Source of the DNA: a virus
Strand: one strand, 5' to 3'
Virus record (IMG/VR): IMGVR_UViG_3300035698_020241
Coordinates: 62,241-126,240 of that record
Length of the DNA stretch: 64,000 nucleotides
The notes under the pieces are model-generated. The model was not told the origin of the DNA. It saw nothing but the letters and a program-made list of their open reading frames with translations, and made no database searches. The position numbers and the translations under genes are program-made. Within the stretch, counting starts at the first letter, position 1. Each line of letters opens with the position of its first letter. This document shows positions 54,042 through 64,000 of this stretch, one piece after another.

Positions 54042-54722
54042 ATGGATGAAGTAAAAGTGTTTATGTCTTTAAAAGACAAATGTAGAATAGCCATTGGAAA
54101 TGGTGGTAAAAATAAAGGAAGGATGGAATTACAAATTCCTATAGTAGGAGGGTGGTTCAAAAGACTTATAAAATGTTTTCATATATTTATTGGTGAAGAT
54201 GAGGTAATATCCGAGGAATTTGAATTTACAAGTAATGAACAAATAGAAAGGTTTATTGGTGAATTGAAAAAACGAAACTTTAGTAGATCTGATGTAGTTT
54301 TTAATGTTGAACGGATGAATCCTTCAGCCTACTTACCAATAAAAGGAACTCTAGCATCATCAGGATTTGATATAAGAAGTCCTTATGATTTTGAAATAAG
54401 ACCAGCAGAGCAACGAATGATACCTATGCAATTTAAGATGAAAATAGATCCTGGTTATGAAGTTCAGATCAGAAGTAGATCAAGTATTCCTTACAAATAT
54501 AACTGTATGATACCTAATGGTATCGGAACAGTTGATGAAGACTACAGAGGTGAATTTAAAGTTATATTGTTTAATTATGGTAGAGATATAATGTCTTTTA
54601 AACGAGGAGATAAAATTGCTCAAATAGTTATAAAGAAAACAGAAAATGTTGAATTGATTGCCGGTAAAGTGCCTGTAGATACTGAAAGAGGTGCTGGAGG
54701 TATAGGATCAACAGGGAGATAA
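54042..54722 (+). CDS. dut: Trimeric dUTPase with N-terminal extension
   Basis: SSGFDI, RSRSS, GTVDEDYRGE, KIAQ, ERGAGGIGSTG. Confidence 0.9.
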   Translation: MDEVKVFMSLKDKCRIAIGNGGKNKGRMELQIPIVGGWFKRLIKCFHIFIGEDEVISEEFEFTSNEQIERFIGELKKRNFSRSDVVFNVERMNPSAYLPIKGTLASSGFDIRSPYDFEIRPAEQRMIPMQFKMKIDPGYEVQIRSRSSIPYKYNCMIPNGIGTVDEDYRGEFKVILFNYGRDIMSFKRGDKIAQIVIKKTENVELIAGKVPVDTERGAGGIGSTGR

Positions 54723-54836
54723 TATTATGAAAATTTTTAAAAAATTATTTACTATTAAATGTCCTAAATGTAAAGGAAGATTACATGCGGAATTTTTTGA
54801 CATACAATTTGACAAACTTGTATGGAAATGTAATAG

Positions 54837-55199
54837 TTGTGGAGGAGAATATATATGATAAGTGATAATGTTATGAAACTTAAAGAGTTTGGAGATTCTA
54901 TATATTATAGAGTTGGTTGTGATTGTATGGATAAAAGATGTGAGTTAACCATGGAACTAGAACTTGATGAAGATGATAAAATGATATATTTAAATCTATA
55001 TAAGGACTTAGTATGGGATGAATACTATAATAATGATAATAGATTTACAAGATTTTGGAGACGAATAAAATGTACATTAAGAATGTTATTTACAGGTCGT
55101 ATTGAACTTGAAAGTTGTCTTGTATTAAAAAATAATAATATGATGGCCCTCCGTGATGCAATTGATGAAGGTATATCAATAATGGAGGAAAAGAAATAG
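54837..55199 (+). CDS. Hypothetical protein
   Basis: ORF; YRVGCDC motif. Confidence 0.6.
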   Translation: MWRRIYMISDNVMKLKEFGDSIYYRVGCDCMDKRCELTMELELDEDDKMIYLNLYKDLVWDEYYNNDNRFTRFWRRIKCTLRMLFTGRIELESCLVLKNNNMMALRDAIDEGISIMEEKK

Positions 55200-56482
55200 T
55201 GAAAAAAAAGGTAAATCCTGAAAGGGATGCTAGATTAAAAAAGGAGTATGAGGAGTGGTTAGACACAGAAACATTTGATCCAGAAGGTATGGGAACAGAC
55301 GAGTTAGAAAGAGACCTAACTAAAGAACTAACATTTCTCCATAAAATGAGTGCAGAGGAATACACTCTGTATCGTAAGTGGCAGGAGATACAATTAAAAT
55401 ACCCACCAAAAGTTTCAAAGAAGAAAAATCCATTTTTTAATGTAGGACAAAAGAGTTCTGGTTATCCAAAACTTGATGAAATAAAAAATAACCTTTGGAT
55501 GCCAGAGTCACCAGAGGATTATCTTAAACTTGAACCAGTTGTTCTATGGACAATGGTTGGTACAAAAAAGGAAGTACAACAGAAAACAAAAACTTGGTCA
55601 ATGTTGAGAACATTTACATCTACAATGTTGAACAATTCAAATATAGGTAGAAATCTTAGATTTATAATACATGATAATGTTACTGGTAAATATCTTGGTG
55701 TGATATGTGCATCATCTGATTTTATGGACTTAACACCCCGTGATAAGTACATTGGTTGGACAAGAGAAGTAAAGACCACTAAAAAGATGATAAATCATAC
55801 ATCTATTGGATCATCAATAGTTCCAACACAACCACTAGGTTACAACTTTGTAGGTGGTAAATTATTAGCATTACTCACATTATCAAGGACTATTGAAAAT
55901 GCATGGGATAGTAGATATAAAGATAAATTAGTGGCAATGACCACAACATCTTTATATGGATCATTTTCTCAGTATAACGGATTAAAGTTCTGGAATAAAA
56001 GAGGTCATTCAGCCGGTAGTATTAAATTTGAACCATCAAAAAAGATTGTAATGAGAATGAGAGAATGGTTAAAAAATAATCATACATTACGATATTGGGA
56101 ATGGTATCATGCCCAAAACGATCAAAATATGCCACTCAAAAGAGATCATAAACAAAGGTCTCTATCATTTATATACAGACAATTGGATATTCCAAAAGAA
56201 TTATACCAGGCATCACATACAAGAGGTATTTACTTTTGTCCATTGTTTAATAATTCTTGTGATTTCTTACGGAAAGAGATAGAAGTAGGTAAACTTGTAA
56301 GACGATTCGATAATTCTACTCATACTCTTGTTGATCTGTGGAAAAATAGATATGCTAAAAAACGAGTTGAAAAACTTGTGAAAGATGAGAAATATAATAC
56401 AACTTCTTTATTCTATGATGATTTGATAGGAGTATCATGGGAAGAAGCTAAAGAAAAATATCTTAAAGATGTAGGGAGATAA
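55199..56482 (+). CDS. DUF4338/DruA-domain protein (copy 1)
   Basis: GRNLRF...YLGVI..SSDF....RD..IGW...IVPTQPLGYNFVGGKLLAL...TTTSLYG. Confidence 0.7.
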   Translation: MKKKVNPERDARLKKEYEEWLDTETFDPEGMGTDELERDLTKELTFLHKMSAEEYTLYRKWQEIQLKYPPKVSKKKNPFFNVGQKSSGYPKLDEIKNNLWMPESPEDYLKLEPVVLWTMVGTKKEVQQKTKTWSMLRTFTSTMLNNSNIGRNLRFIIHDNVTGKYLGVICASSDFMDLTPRDKYIGWTREVKTTKKMINHTSIGSSIVPTQPLGYNFVGGKLLALLTLSRTIENAWDSRYKDKLVAMTTTSLYGSFSQYNGLKFWNKRGHSAGSIKFEPSKKIVMRMREWLKNNHTLRYWEWYHAQNDQNMPLKRDHKQRSLSFIYRQLDIPKELYQASHTRGIYFCPLFNNSCDFLRKEIEVGKLVRRFDNSTHTLVDLWKNRYAKKRVEKLVKDEKYNTTSLFYDDLIGVSWEEAKEKYLKDVGR

Positions 56483-56483
56483 T

Positions 56484-57590
56484 ATGAAAGCATTAAAAAA
56501 GAAGATCATTGGAGACTTTGATTTTCTACAAAAAATGACCATACCGGAGTATACACTATATGCAAAATGGGTGGAAATAAACAAAAAGAAATACACATCA
56601 ACTGAACAATCTAGACTTTGGGAAATAAAGAATAGTTTATGGTATCCAAATAAACCAGAGGACTATTTGAAAGTTCAACCAAAAGTGATTGTGGTTAAAA
56701 CTAAAGAGGACTCACAGACTTGGACACTATTGAGAACATTCATTTCAACCATGAAATGGAATCAAAATGTTGGAAGAATTATAAGATATACTATTATGGA
56801 TAAAAAAACCATGACATATCTTGGTGTAATTTCTCTTGCATCTGATTTTATATCATTAGGCCCCAGGGACTCTGAAATAGGATGGGATTATACTAACAGA
56901 ATAAAACAAAAGATGTTAGCTTATACAGCAATGGGTTCTTCAATAGTTCCCACACAACCATTAGGTTACAACTTTGTAGGTGGTAAATTGATATCATTAA
57001 TTGTTAGTTCTGATAAAGTTGTTGATCCATGGAATGAAAAATATAAAGAGAACTTGGCTGGTATTACAACCACAAGTCTTTATGGTGGATTCTCACAATA
57101 TAATAGATTGAAACATTGGAAGAAATGTGGTACTACTACAGGTAAGATACCAATGGAACCATCAGAGGATAGCTACTTAGCAATCAGAGAGTGGGTGAAA
57201 AAAACACATCCAAAAGATTTTTTGAAACTCACACAAAATAAGAATGGTAAAATACTATCAAGACCAAAGGCAAAGATGTTATCATTTGCTTATACAAAAC
57301 TACAAATAAAACCGCCTGTGAATAACGCCCCAAGAGGTGTATATTATTGTAACCTCAATACGAAAGGAAACGAGTTTTTAAGGAAAGACAGTGATGATAT
57401 GGGTGAGAGTTTATTTGATAACAAACTCCAAACATTGGTTGATTTGTGGAAAACAAAGTATGCTAAAAAACGGGTTGAGAACTTGTTAAAGACTGATAGA
57501 TATAATACTGATTCTTTATTCTATGATACTTTGATAGGTAAGAGCTGGGAAGAAACACGGGAAATGTATCTAGCTAAAGTAAAGAGTTAA
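56484..57590 (+). CDS. DUF4338/DruA-domain protein (copy 2)
   Basis: Same motifs; SSIVPTQPLGYNFVGGKL identical to copy 1. Confidence 0.7.
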   Translation: MKALKKKIIGDFDFLQKMTIPEYTLYAKWVEINKKKYTSTEQSRLWEIKNSLWYPNKPEDYLKVQPKVIVVKTKEDSQTWTLLRTFISTMKWNQNVGRIIRYTIMDKKTMTYLGVISLASDFISLGPRDSEIGWDYTNRIKQKMLAYTAMGSSIVPTQPLGYNFVGGKLISLIVSSDKVVDPWNEKYKENLAGITTTSLYGGFSQYNRLKHWKKCGTTTGKIPMEPSEDSYLAIREWVKKTHPKDFLKLTQNKNGKILSRPKAKMLSFAYTKLQIKPPVNNAPRGVYYCNLNTKGNEFLRKDSDDMGESLFDNKLQTLVDLWKTKYAKKRVENLLKTDRYNTDSLFYDTLIGKSWEETREMYLAKVKS

Positions 57591-57787
57591 TATTTACATG
57601 ACCCATTAACTATGTTATAATATATATTATGAAAGTTATAACAAAATGTAAAAAATGTGGTTCAATAATGAAGAAAGAAAATCTTAAATTTTCATCATAT
57701 GAAGGACCTTATAAATTTGCATTCTTTTGTCCAAATAACTGTGATTATAAAAAGAAAAAATAGAGGTGTATTAAAATTTTTAGAAAT

Positions 57788-59536
57788 GTGTTTTACCATA
57801 CGAAAAGAAGTCAGATTCATTTATGGGAAACGATCAACGGTGTTAATGATTATACCGTTATTGATTGGGTTCCATATGTGTTTATAAAAGCACCCGAATC
57901 TGATATACATACAATTGATGGAGTTCCAGTTATAAAAAGGGAATTCATTGATTATAGGGACTATTATGAGTTCTGTAAGTTCAATAACCATATGCTTGAA
58001 AATAAGGTCAAGCCTGAGATTCAATTTCTTGCTGAGAGGTATCATGGAATACCAGATGCGGATATGGAAGTACCTCAACTTAAAATATATACGATAGATA
58101 TTGAGATTAACTATAAGGATAAGTTTCCTGATCCTCTATTGGCAGAGGAACCTATATGTCTTATATCTATAAAAGATTATATAACAAAAAAGGTTGTAAC
58201 ATTTGGAGAAAAGGAATATAGTGGTAACAAAACCGACTATAATCATTATCCAAATGAAATAGAAATGATAAAACGATTTCTTACATTCATGCACAGGAAT
58301 CCACCAGATATAATAACTGGTTGGAATGTTCAAGGTTTTGATATGCCTTATATAATTAACCGTGTAAAAGTATTGTTTGGTGAAAAAACACAAGCTTATA
58401 ATTTTCTTTCCCCTATTAGAGTTGTAAGGACATGGATGTCCAAGAAAGAGAAAGTGATGAATGTTGATATAGGAGGAGTAACGGTACTCGACTATATGAA
58501 AATATATAAATGGTATACACCGAGAAATCTTGAGTCATATGGTTTAGGTTTTGTATCAAAGGTTGAGTTGAATAAAGGCAAACTTGATTACTCTGAATAT
58601 GAAGACCTTAGAGAGTTGTATATTAAAGATTGGGATAAGTATGTTGATTATAATGTAGATGATGTCCATAGAGTTGATGAACTTGAGGAGAAACTTGGTT
58701 ATATTCGCCTTATTCAATCACTATCACTTTTAACAAAAGTGTCTATGAAGTTCTATGATGGTATGACACACCTTATTGAGGGTGCCATGTTAACCCACTA
58801 TAGACGAAATAAATTATGTGCTCCTTATATGGCAGGCGGTGTTCAAGAAGGATTTCCAGCAGCATTTGTAAAAGAACCTCAAAAGGGTATGCATGAGTGG
58901 GTTTCAGAGGTTGATATTACATCTTCTTATCCATTCCATATTATAACACTGAATATGTCTGTAGAAACATATATTGGTCGTATAATGGGCCTGAAAGATT
59001 CAGAGATTATATATCATACAAAAAATAGAGAATTTCCAAAATTTGATATGTACAAGGAAGATGGACTTGCAAAGTTTAGAGATAGAAAATTGAAAAGTTT
59101 CAACATGGCATTAGATAGAGGTTTAATAGCAATTGCTCCTTGTGGTTCTGTTTTCTCAACTAAAGAACCAGGTGTATTGGCCGCAGTTGAAAAACAAATT
59201 TTCTCTAAGAGAAAAGAAGTGAAAGGTATGATGAAAGATATTAGGATTAATGAACTTCCTAATCTAACGAAAGATTCTCCAGAATGGCAAAGTAGAAAGG
59301 ATAGAGCAGATGAATTATTCTCCTTACAATGGGCAATCAAAATTCTATTAAATGCTATGTTCGGAATCCTTGCTGTACCTTATTCACGGTATTTTAATGT
59401 TAATATAGCAGAGGCTATTACATCATGTGGTAAGCATACCATTAAACAAGGAGAATATTTTATAAATCATTTACTTAATGATATAAATAAGGTTGGTGAG
59501 TTAAAAAATATTATCAAGGAGATAGAAAATAATTAA
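57788..59536 (+). CDS. Family B DNA polymerase, N-terminal part (exonuclease plus motifs A and B)
   Basis: DIE, GWNVQGFD, YNVDDV, DITSSYP, KILLNAMFG. Confidence 0.92.
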   Translation: MFYHTKRSQIHLWETINGVNDYTVIDWVPYVFIKAPESDIHTIDGVPVIKREFIDYRDYYEFCKFNNHMLENKVKPEIQFLAERYHGIPDADMEVPQLKIYTIDIEINYKDKFPDPLLAEEPICLISIKDYITKKVVTFGEKEYSGNKTDYNHYPNEIEMIKRFLTFMHRNPPDIITGWNVQGFDMPYIINRVKVLFGEKTQAYNFLSPIRVVRTWMSKKEKVMNVDIGGVTVLDYMKIYKWYTPRNLESYGLGFVSKVELNKGKLDYSEYEDLRELYIKDWDKYVDYNVDDVHRVDELEEKLGYIRLIQSLSLLTKVSMKFYDGMTHLIEGAMLTHYRRNKLCAPYMAGGVQEGFPAAFVKEPQKGMHEWVSEVDITSSYPFHIITLNMSVETYIGRIMGLKDSEIIYHTKNREFPKFDMYKEDGLAKFRDRKLKSFNMALDRGLIAIAPCGSVFSTKEPGVLAAVEKQIFSKRKEVKGMMKDIRINELPNLTKDSPEWQSRKDRADELFSLQWAIKILLNAMFGILAVPYSRYFNVNIAEAITSCGKHTIKQGEYFINHLLNDINKVGELKNIIKEIENN

Positions 59537-59556
59537 GAAGTTACCTATATTATATT

Positions 59557-60603
59557 ATGAAAAAATTAACATACGAATATGTAAAAGAACAAATTGAGAA
59601 GGAAGGTTATGAACTTTTATCTAAAGAATATAAAAATAGTAACACTAAATTAAAAGTTAAGTGTCCTAAAGACCATGAATATGAAGTAAGATATAATAAT
59701 TGGTATAATAAATCAAGATGTTCTATATGTTATGGAAATTCTAAAAAAACATTAGTCGAAGTTAAAGATAGTTTTTATAGAAAGGGTTTAATATTATTAG
59801 ATGATGTATATATAAACAGACAACAATTATTAAGTGTGAAATGTATAAAATGTGGTAACATTTTTAAATCATCTATATGGAAAATTAATAGAAATATGGA
59901 TTGTAAAAAATGCTCAAACATAAAATATACCGAATCTTTTGTTAAAGAAGAATTACTAAAATATAACTATATTTTAGTATCGCCGTATAGAAAAACAAGA
60001 GATAGTATTAAAATTAAATGTAATAAAGGACATATATATAACTCCACATTCTCTCAATTTATGAGAAAAAGTAGATGTTATATTTGTTCAGGTAATCATA
60101 AATTAAAATATTCTTATGTTAAGGAACAAATTGAAAATGTTGAAGGTTATGAACTTTTATCTAAAGAATATAAAAATAACGTAACTAAATTAAAGTTATT
60201 GTGTCCTAAAGACCATGTATGTAAAATATCATATAGTAATTTTTCAAAAGGAAGAAGATGTAAAAAATGTTATGATGGTAAAAATCACTCTAATCAAGAA
60301 AAAGAAATATTAAAAATTGTTGAAAACCTTTTACCTGATAAAAAAATTATTCCTAATGATAGGACACAAATTATAAATCCTAAAACTGGAAAGAATCTAG
60401 AATTAGATATATGGATTCCTGAATTAAATAAGGCAATTGAATTTAATGGCGAATACTGGCATTTAAACAGAAAGGATATAGATGAAATTAAAATAAATGA
60501 ATGTATTAAAAATAATATCAATTTATTAGTAATATGGGATTATGAATGGATAAAAAATAAAGAAAAATGTATTAAAAATATAAGGGAGTTTGTAAATGTC
60601 TAA
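59557..60603 (+). mobile_element. Free-standing endonuclease gene splitting the DNA polymerase
   Basis: CPKDH/CNKGH repeats plus ELDIWIP...AIEFNGEYWH; paralog of 9231-10091. Confidence 0.75.
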
Positions 60604-61471
60604 GGATTATGTTTGTTATATTGACACGGATAGTTGTTATATAGATTTAGGTAAATTTATACTTGATAATATAAAATATAAAGAAAAGTGGAATGATTTA
60701 AATGATGATTCAAAAATAGAATATATAATAAAAATATCCAAAATCATTGAGGATTATATAAATGAAAGTGTGTTTCATGAAGTTCAGCTTGGTGATTATA
60801 ATTCACAGGTACATGATTTTAAGATAGAATTTAAACGAGAAATTATAGCAAAAACAGCTTTATTTATTAAAAAGAAAAAATATGCCTATTGGGTAGTAAA
60901 TGAAGAAGGTGCTCCATGTGATGAATTAGTCGTTAAGGGCCTTGAGATAGTAAGATCAGATAGTTCGGAAGCTGTTAGATCACGATTAAAGAAAATAATG
61001 GAAATGATAATGAGAGGAACTTCCGATGATGAATTATTATTAAAAATTCAACAATATAAAAGGGAGTTGAAAAAGGTATATCCAGAAGAAATAGCAGCCA
61101 ACATCGGTGTAAACAATATTGATAAATACATAATTGATGGAAAATCCACTAAAGGCACACCTTGGCATGTAAAGGGTGTAGCAAATTATAGAATGTTATT
61201 AAAACATTTTAAGTTGGAAGATCAATATGAGGATATATATGAAGGTAATAAATGTAGAGTATTTTATGTTAAAAAGAATAGATTTGACATAGAGACAATA
61301 ACATTTACCAGATGGCCAAAAGAATTTGAGGAAGTTCTTGAGGTTGATTTTGAAACAATGATTGATAAGTTTTTTATAAAAAAGATAGGATTTTTATTAG
61401 ACCCTATGGGTAAAATGTCTTTACTCAAAAGTGGTCAAGCAGATAAACAATTAGGATTGTTTTTTAGTTAA
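60596..61471 (+). CDS. Family B DNA polymerase, C-terminal part (motif C, thumb)
   Basis: YIDTDS, KKKYA, KGLEIVRSD. Confidence 0.92.
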   Translation: MSKDYVCYIDTDSCYIDLGKFILDNIKYKEKWNDLNDDSKIEYIIKISKIIEDYINESVFHEVQLGDYNSQVHDFKIEFKREIIAKTALFIKKKKYAYWVVNEEGAPCDELVVKGLEIVRSDSSEAVRSRLKKIMEMIMRGTSDDELLLKIQQYKRELKKVYPEEIAANIGVNNIDKYIIDGKSTKGTPWHVKGVANYRMLLKHFKLEDQYEDIYEGNKCRVFYVKKNRFDIETITFTRWPKEFEEVLEVDFETMIDKFFIKKIGFLLDPMGKMSLLKSGQADKQLGLFFS

Positions 61472-61485
61472 GAAAGGATATTAAG

Positions 61486-61959
61486 ATGAAAGATTTAAAA
61501 ACTATTGAGGACATAAAGAAAGCAATGAAGGATATTATATCTTTTCATCTTTCTAATATAAAGAAAGCAGAAGCCTTAGAGTTAATTGATATCACTTATG
61601 ATTTTGGAATAGATGATGGTCAAGATGAAGGTGAAACAACTGGTTTCAAGAAAGGTTGTCTTGCCGGTGGTGATGGTAGTGGTTATGATGATGCCTACGA
61701 TGATGGTCGAAGTAGGGGTCACAGCGAAGGATATGCAGAAGGTCATAGGGATGGTGTTGGTGAAGGTAGTGATTTTTCATTTGAGTCAGGAAAAGATTCT
61801 GGTATTAAAATAGGATATTCTAATGGAGTTAAAGAAGGTCATGAGGTTGGATATAATGAAGGTCTTGAGATAGGATATAGAGAAGGTTATGAAACATCTG
61901 AGGAATTACATGAACATGATGAAGAACTTGGAGGAATAGAAGATGAGCAGATTGGTTGA
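61486..61959 (+). CDS. Acidic protein with GxxxG repeats
   Basis: GYAEGHRDG...GYNEG...GYREG repeats. Confidence 0.7.
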   Translation: MKDLKTIEDIKKAMKDIISFHLSNIKKAEALELIDITYDFGIDDGQDEGETTGFKKGCLAGGDGSGYDDAYDDGRSRGHSEGYAEGHRDGVGEGSDFSFESGKDSGIKIGYSNGVKEGHEVGYNEGLEIGYREGYETSEELHEHDEELGGIEDEQIG

Positions 61960-62464
61960 ATTGTTTAATACACTTTTCAGGATATATTTTATGACTCCTG
62001 CTATTATTATACTTACATGTATTGCTTGTTTTGTATCAACGTTTTTCTATGGTAATCATTTGGAAACCATTTACAGTACAAAAATAAATGCATGTAATAC
62101 TTATATTGATAAACAAACAAGTTCCATAAAAATTCTTATGAGTAATGATTTTTCAATGCCAGTAAAATTAACAGCTTATAATGCCGAAGAGTCGCAAACA
62201 GATTCTACACCAAATATAACAGCCAGTAATAGAAAGATTAGAAAGGGTTGGTGTGCTCTATCAAGAGATATTGAAAAAACGCTTAGTCTTAAATTCGGGG
62301 ATTTTATAATTGTAAGTATAGATGGACGATATTACGGTAAGTATGAATTCCAGGATAGAATGCATAAAAGGAAAACAAAACAAGTGGATTTATATATGGT
62401 TAAGAAGAAGGAAGCGTTGAAATTTGGTGTTAAGAAAGGTAGTATACAAATAAAAAGATATTAA
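61943..62464 (+). CDS. 3D-domain cell-wall hydrolase-like protein with membrane anchor
   Basis: LTAYN...TD.TP.ITAS...ALSRD...FGD...QDRM...VDLYM. Confidence 0.75.
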   Translation: MSRLVELFNTLFRIYFMTPAIIILTCIACFVSTFFYGNHLETIYSTKINACNTYIDKQTSSIKILMSNDFSMPVKLTAYNAEESQTDSTPNITASNRKIRKGWCALSRDIEKTLSLKFGDFIIVSIDGRYYGKYEFQDRMHKRKTKQVDLYMVKKKEALKFGVKKGSIQIKRY

Positions 62465-62892
62465 GATACATCTTTCGCAAAATCAATAGCCATCTGTCTT
62501 GATTGTTTATCATTCTTAATTGTGAATTCCCTGCCATTACTACCACAAGTATCCTTTGTTACTTTATCTCCAGGTTTAAATCCTGCTACAGCTCTATGTG
62601 ACCAACCGTACCATTTCCCGTCCGCCTCTGATCTACCAATAGAATGTGAACAATGATCAGGACTTCTTTTTTCACCTTTAATCAATAACCAATCCTGAAA
62701 TCTGACCTTTACTTTACCATCAGCATATCGTGGTAGATTTTTAAATGTTCTATCACTATGTTCTATGTCTGTTTTCACATATCTGGTTTTCTTGAAGTTT
62801 TTCATCCTGTTTGTTCTAGGATTCATCTTTCTTATTTTTTGTTTATCAGCCATCGGAACCTTATGAAGGTCTACGAATTTATCAAATTTCAT
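62461..62892 (-). CDS. Hypothetical protein
   Basis: MKFDKFVD start; WYGWSHRA motif. Confidence 0.7.
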   Translation of the reverse strand: MKFDKFVDLHKVPMADKQKIRKMNPRTNRMKNFKKTRYVKTDIEHSDRTFKNLPRYADGKVKVRFQDWLLIKGEKRSPDHCSHSIGRSEADGKWYGWSHRAVAGFKPGDKVTKDTCGSNGREFTIKNDKQSRQMAIDFAKDVS

Positions 62893-63086
62893 TTTACAGT
62901 TTTATCCTTTTCTAATTTTTTCTCTAAATATTTTATATGTTTTATGAGGTCTTGAAATACTGGCTTACATCTATAAGGTAACCATATATCAGCCGCAATT
63001 GAGGTTTGAGATAGAATCTCATAATATTTCACATCTTTCTTTGACATCTTTTTTGGGTTTAAAGGATTGAGATTCTTCATTTCCAT
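62889..63086 (-). CDS. Hypothetical protein
   Basis: Coupled ORF. Confidence 0.5.
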   Translation of the reverse strand: MEMKNLNPLNPKKMSKKDVKYYEILSQTSIAADIWLPYRCKPVFQDLIKHIKYLEKKLEKDKTVK

Positions 63087-63235
63087 CCTTGTGCATTTTA
63101 TTTATTAACCAATTATATCATCTAATGTTTGTACTAAATTATCTACATATATACCGACTTCTTTTAATTTTCTTTTCCATTGTAACTTTCTTACAGATCC
63201 TACTTCTACACTATAAAGATCATTTTTAAGTCTCA

Positions 63236-63445
63236 TTATTTTATCCTTTTAAGGTTTTTTATTCTTTTGAACATTGATAGTTTCATACTTAATTGTTTAC
63301 TATTCCGTGGCTGGTAAATTGTATACTCTACAAAGCCATCCTTAGTTATATTATTTACAGTATATGATGGATAAGTATCATTTACTTCGTAAGATTTTCC
63401 AACTTCAATTTTTACTTCATTTATATATTGTTTAAGTCTCATTAC
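63236..63445 (-). CDS. Head-tagged small protein
   Basis: MRLKQYINE start with an AGGAG RBS. Confidence 0.65.
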   Translation of the reverse strand, partial: VMRLKQYINEVKIEVGKSYEVNDTYPSYTVNNITKDGFVEYTIYQPRNSKQLSMKLSMFKRIKNLKRIK

Positions 63446-63452
63446 TATCTCC

Positions 63453-63998
63453 TTATTTTGGATGTCCAAAAATTCTTTCTTGTATAGTTATACTTGTACC
63501 GAATAATGTTCTTCTATACTCTCCATCTCCAACCCACTCAATATCACTACCAGTGGTACCTTTAATGATCTTTCTAACTTTTTCTTCATCTTTAACAATA
63601 GGAACACTTGAACTTACCAATATATCAGCAATTTTAAGACCAGCCTCTATAAACCAACCTTTCTTTTTTACAAGACTAATCAGTTTTTTCACTAATAATT
63701 TCTTTGCTAACGGTCCATTATCGGTTCCTAATGCTGTTATTTTATTACCAAACTTAGAATCCCAATAAGTTAAGAATGCATCAGGTAAATCATCTTTATC
63801 CACATCTATAAGCCATAAAGATTTATACTTCTTTTGAAAATGTTCTTTACTATTAGCATTGAAACCTAACTTCTTATATGTGTTTACATACATATCCTAC
63901 AATTTTTGTAATGTAGGTGTATCAATAGTAGATGTATCAAATGAAGACCATTTCTTCTTTGGCATGGTTATTTCATTTAAATATTTCTTAAATTTCAT
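63453..63998 (-). CDS. Head-tagged protein interrupted by an in-frame TAG at 63897-63899
   Basis: MKFKKYLNEITMPKKKWSSFDTSTIDTPTLQKL*DMYVNTY... continues in frame into the track ORF 63453-63893. Confidence 0.65.
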
Positions 63999-64000
63999 TC

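Noticed and set aside
59536-60603. Self-splicing intron or intein in the DNA polymerase
   Set aside because: Only 20 nt of non-coding sequence, separate stop and start codons, and no intein terminal residues
1-64000. Genome-wide stop-codon reassignment (TAG or TGA)
   Set aside because: Long core genes are uninterrupted in code 11, TAG ends HU1, the clamp and the tmRNA tag, and no CTA or TCA suppressor tRNA was found
1-64000. Diversity-generating retroelement or retron
   Set aside because: No reverse transcriptase motifs and no TR/VR pair seen

Overview
AT-rich 64-kb segment of a large T4-like (gp41/gp43/gp44/gp45/gp62/UvsW/UvsY-type replisome) tailed phage genome; there are no host housekeeping operons. 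Positions 1-17.6 kb are transcribed leftward and 18.1-37.3 kb rightward, from stacked TTTACA-N17-TATAAT promoters diverging around a GC-richer non-coding core. The window encodes about 28 tRNAs (several structurally aberrant), a tmRNA, tRNA-like mimics and several unclassified structured RNAs. It also encodes RNA-repair and maturation enzymes (Rnl2, RtcB, CCA-adding enzyme), two HU proteins, many homing-type endonucleases, a lysis cassette, a methionine gamma-lyase-family enzyme, and a family-B DNA polymerase split by an endonuclease gene. Most notable: (1) a complete four-gene ubiquitin-like conjugation operon (Ubl, E2-like, E1/ThiF, JAB protease) directly after the clamp-loader/clamp genes; (2) about 13 late proteins sharing an N-terminal M[KR][FL]xxY[IL]xE capsid-targeting-like tag; (3) a five-copy 37-bp hairpin repeat separating small gene cassettes; (4) an ncRNA-dense early region. 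All family assignments come from motif recognition by eye; no database search or folding program was run.
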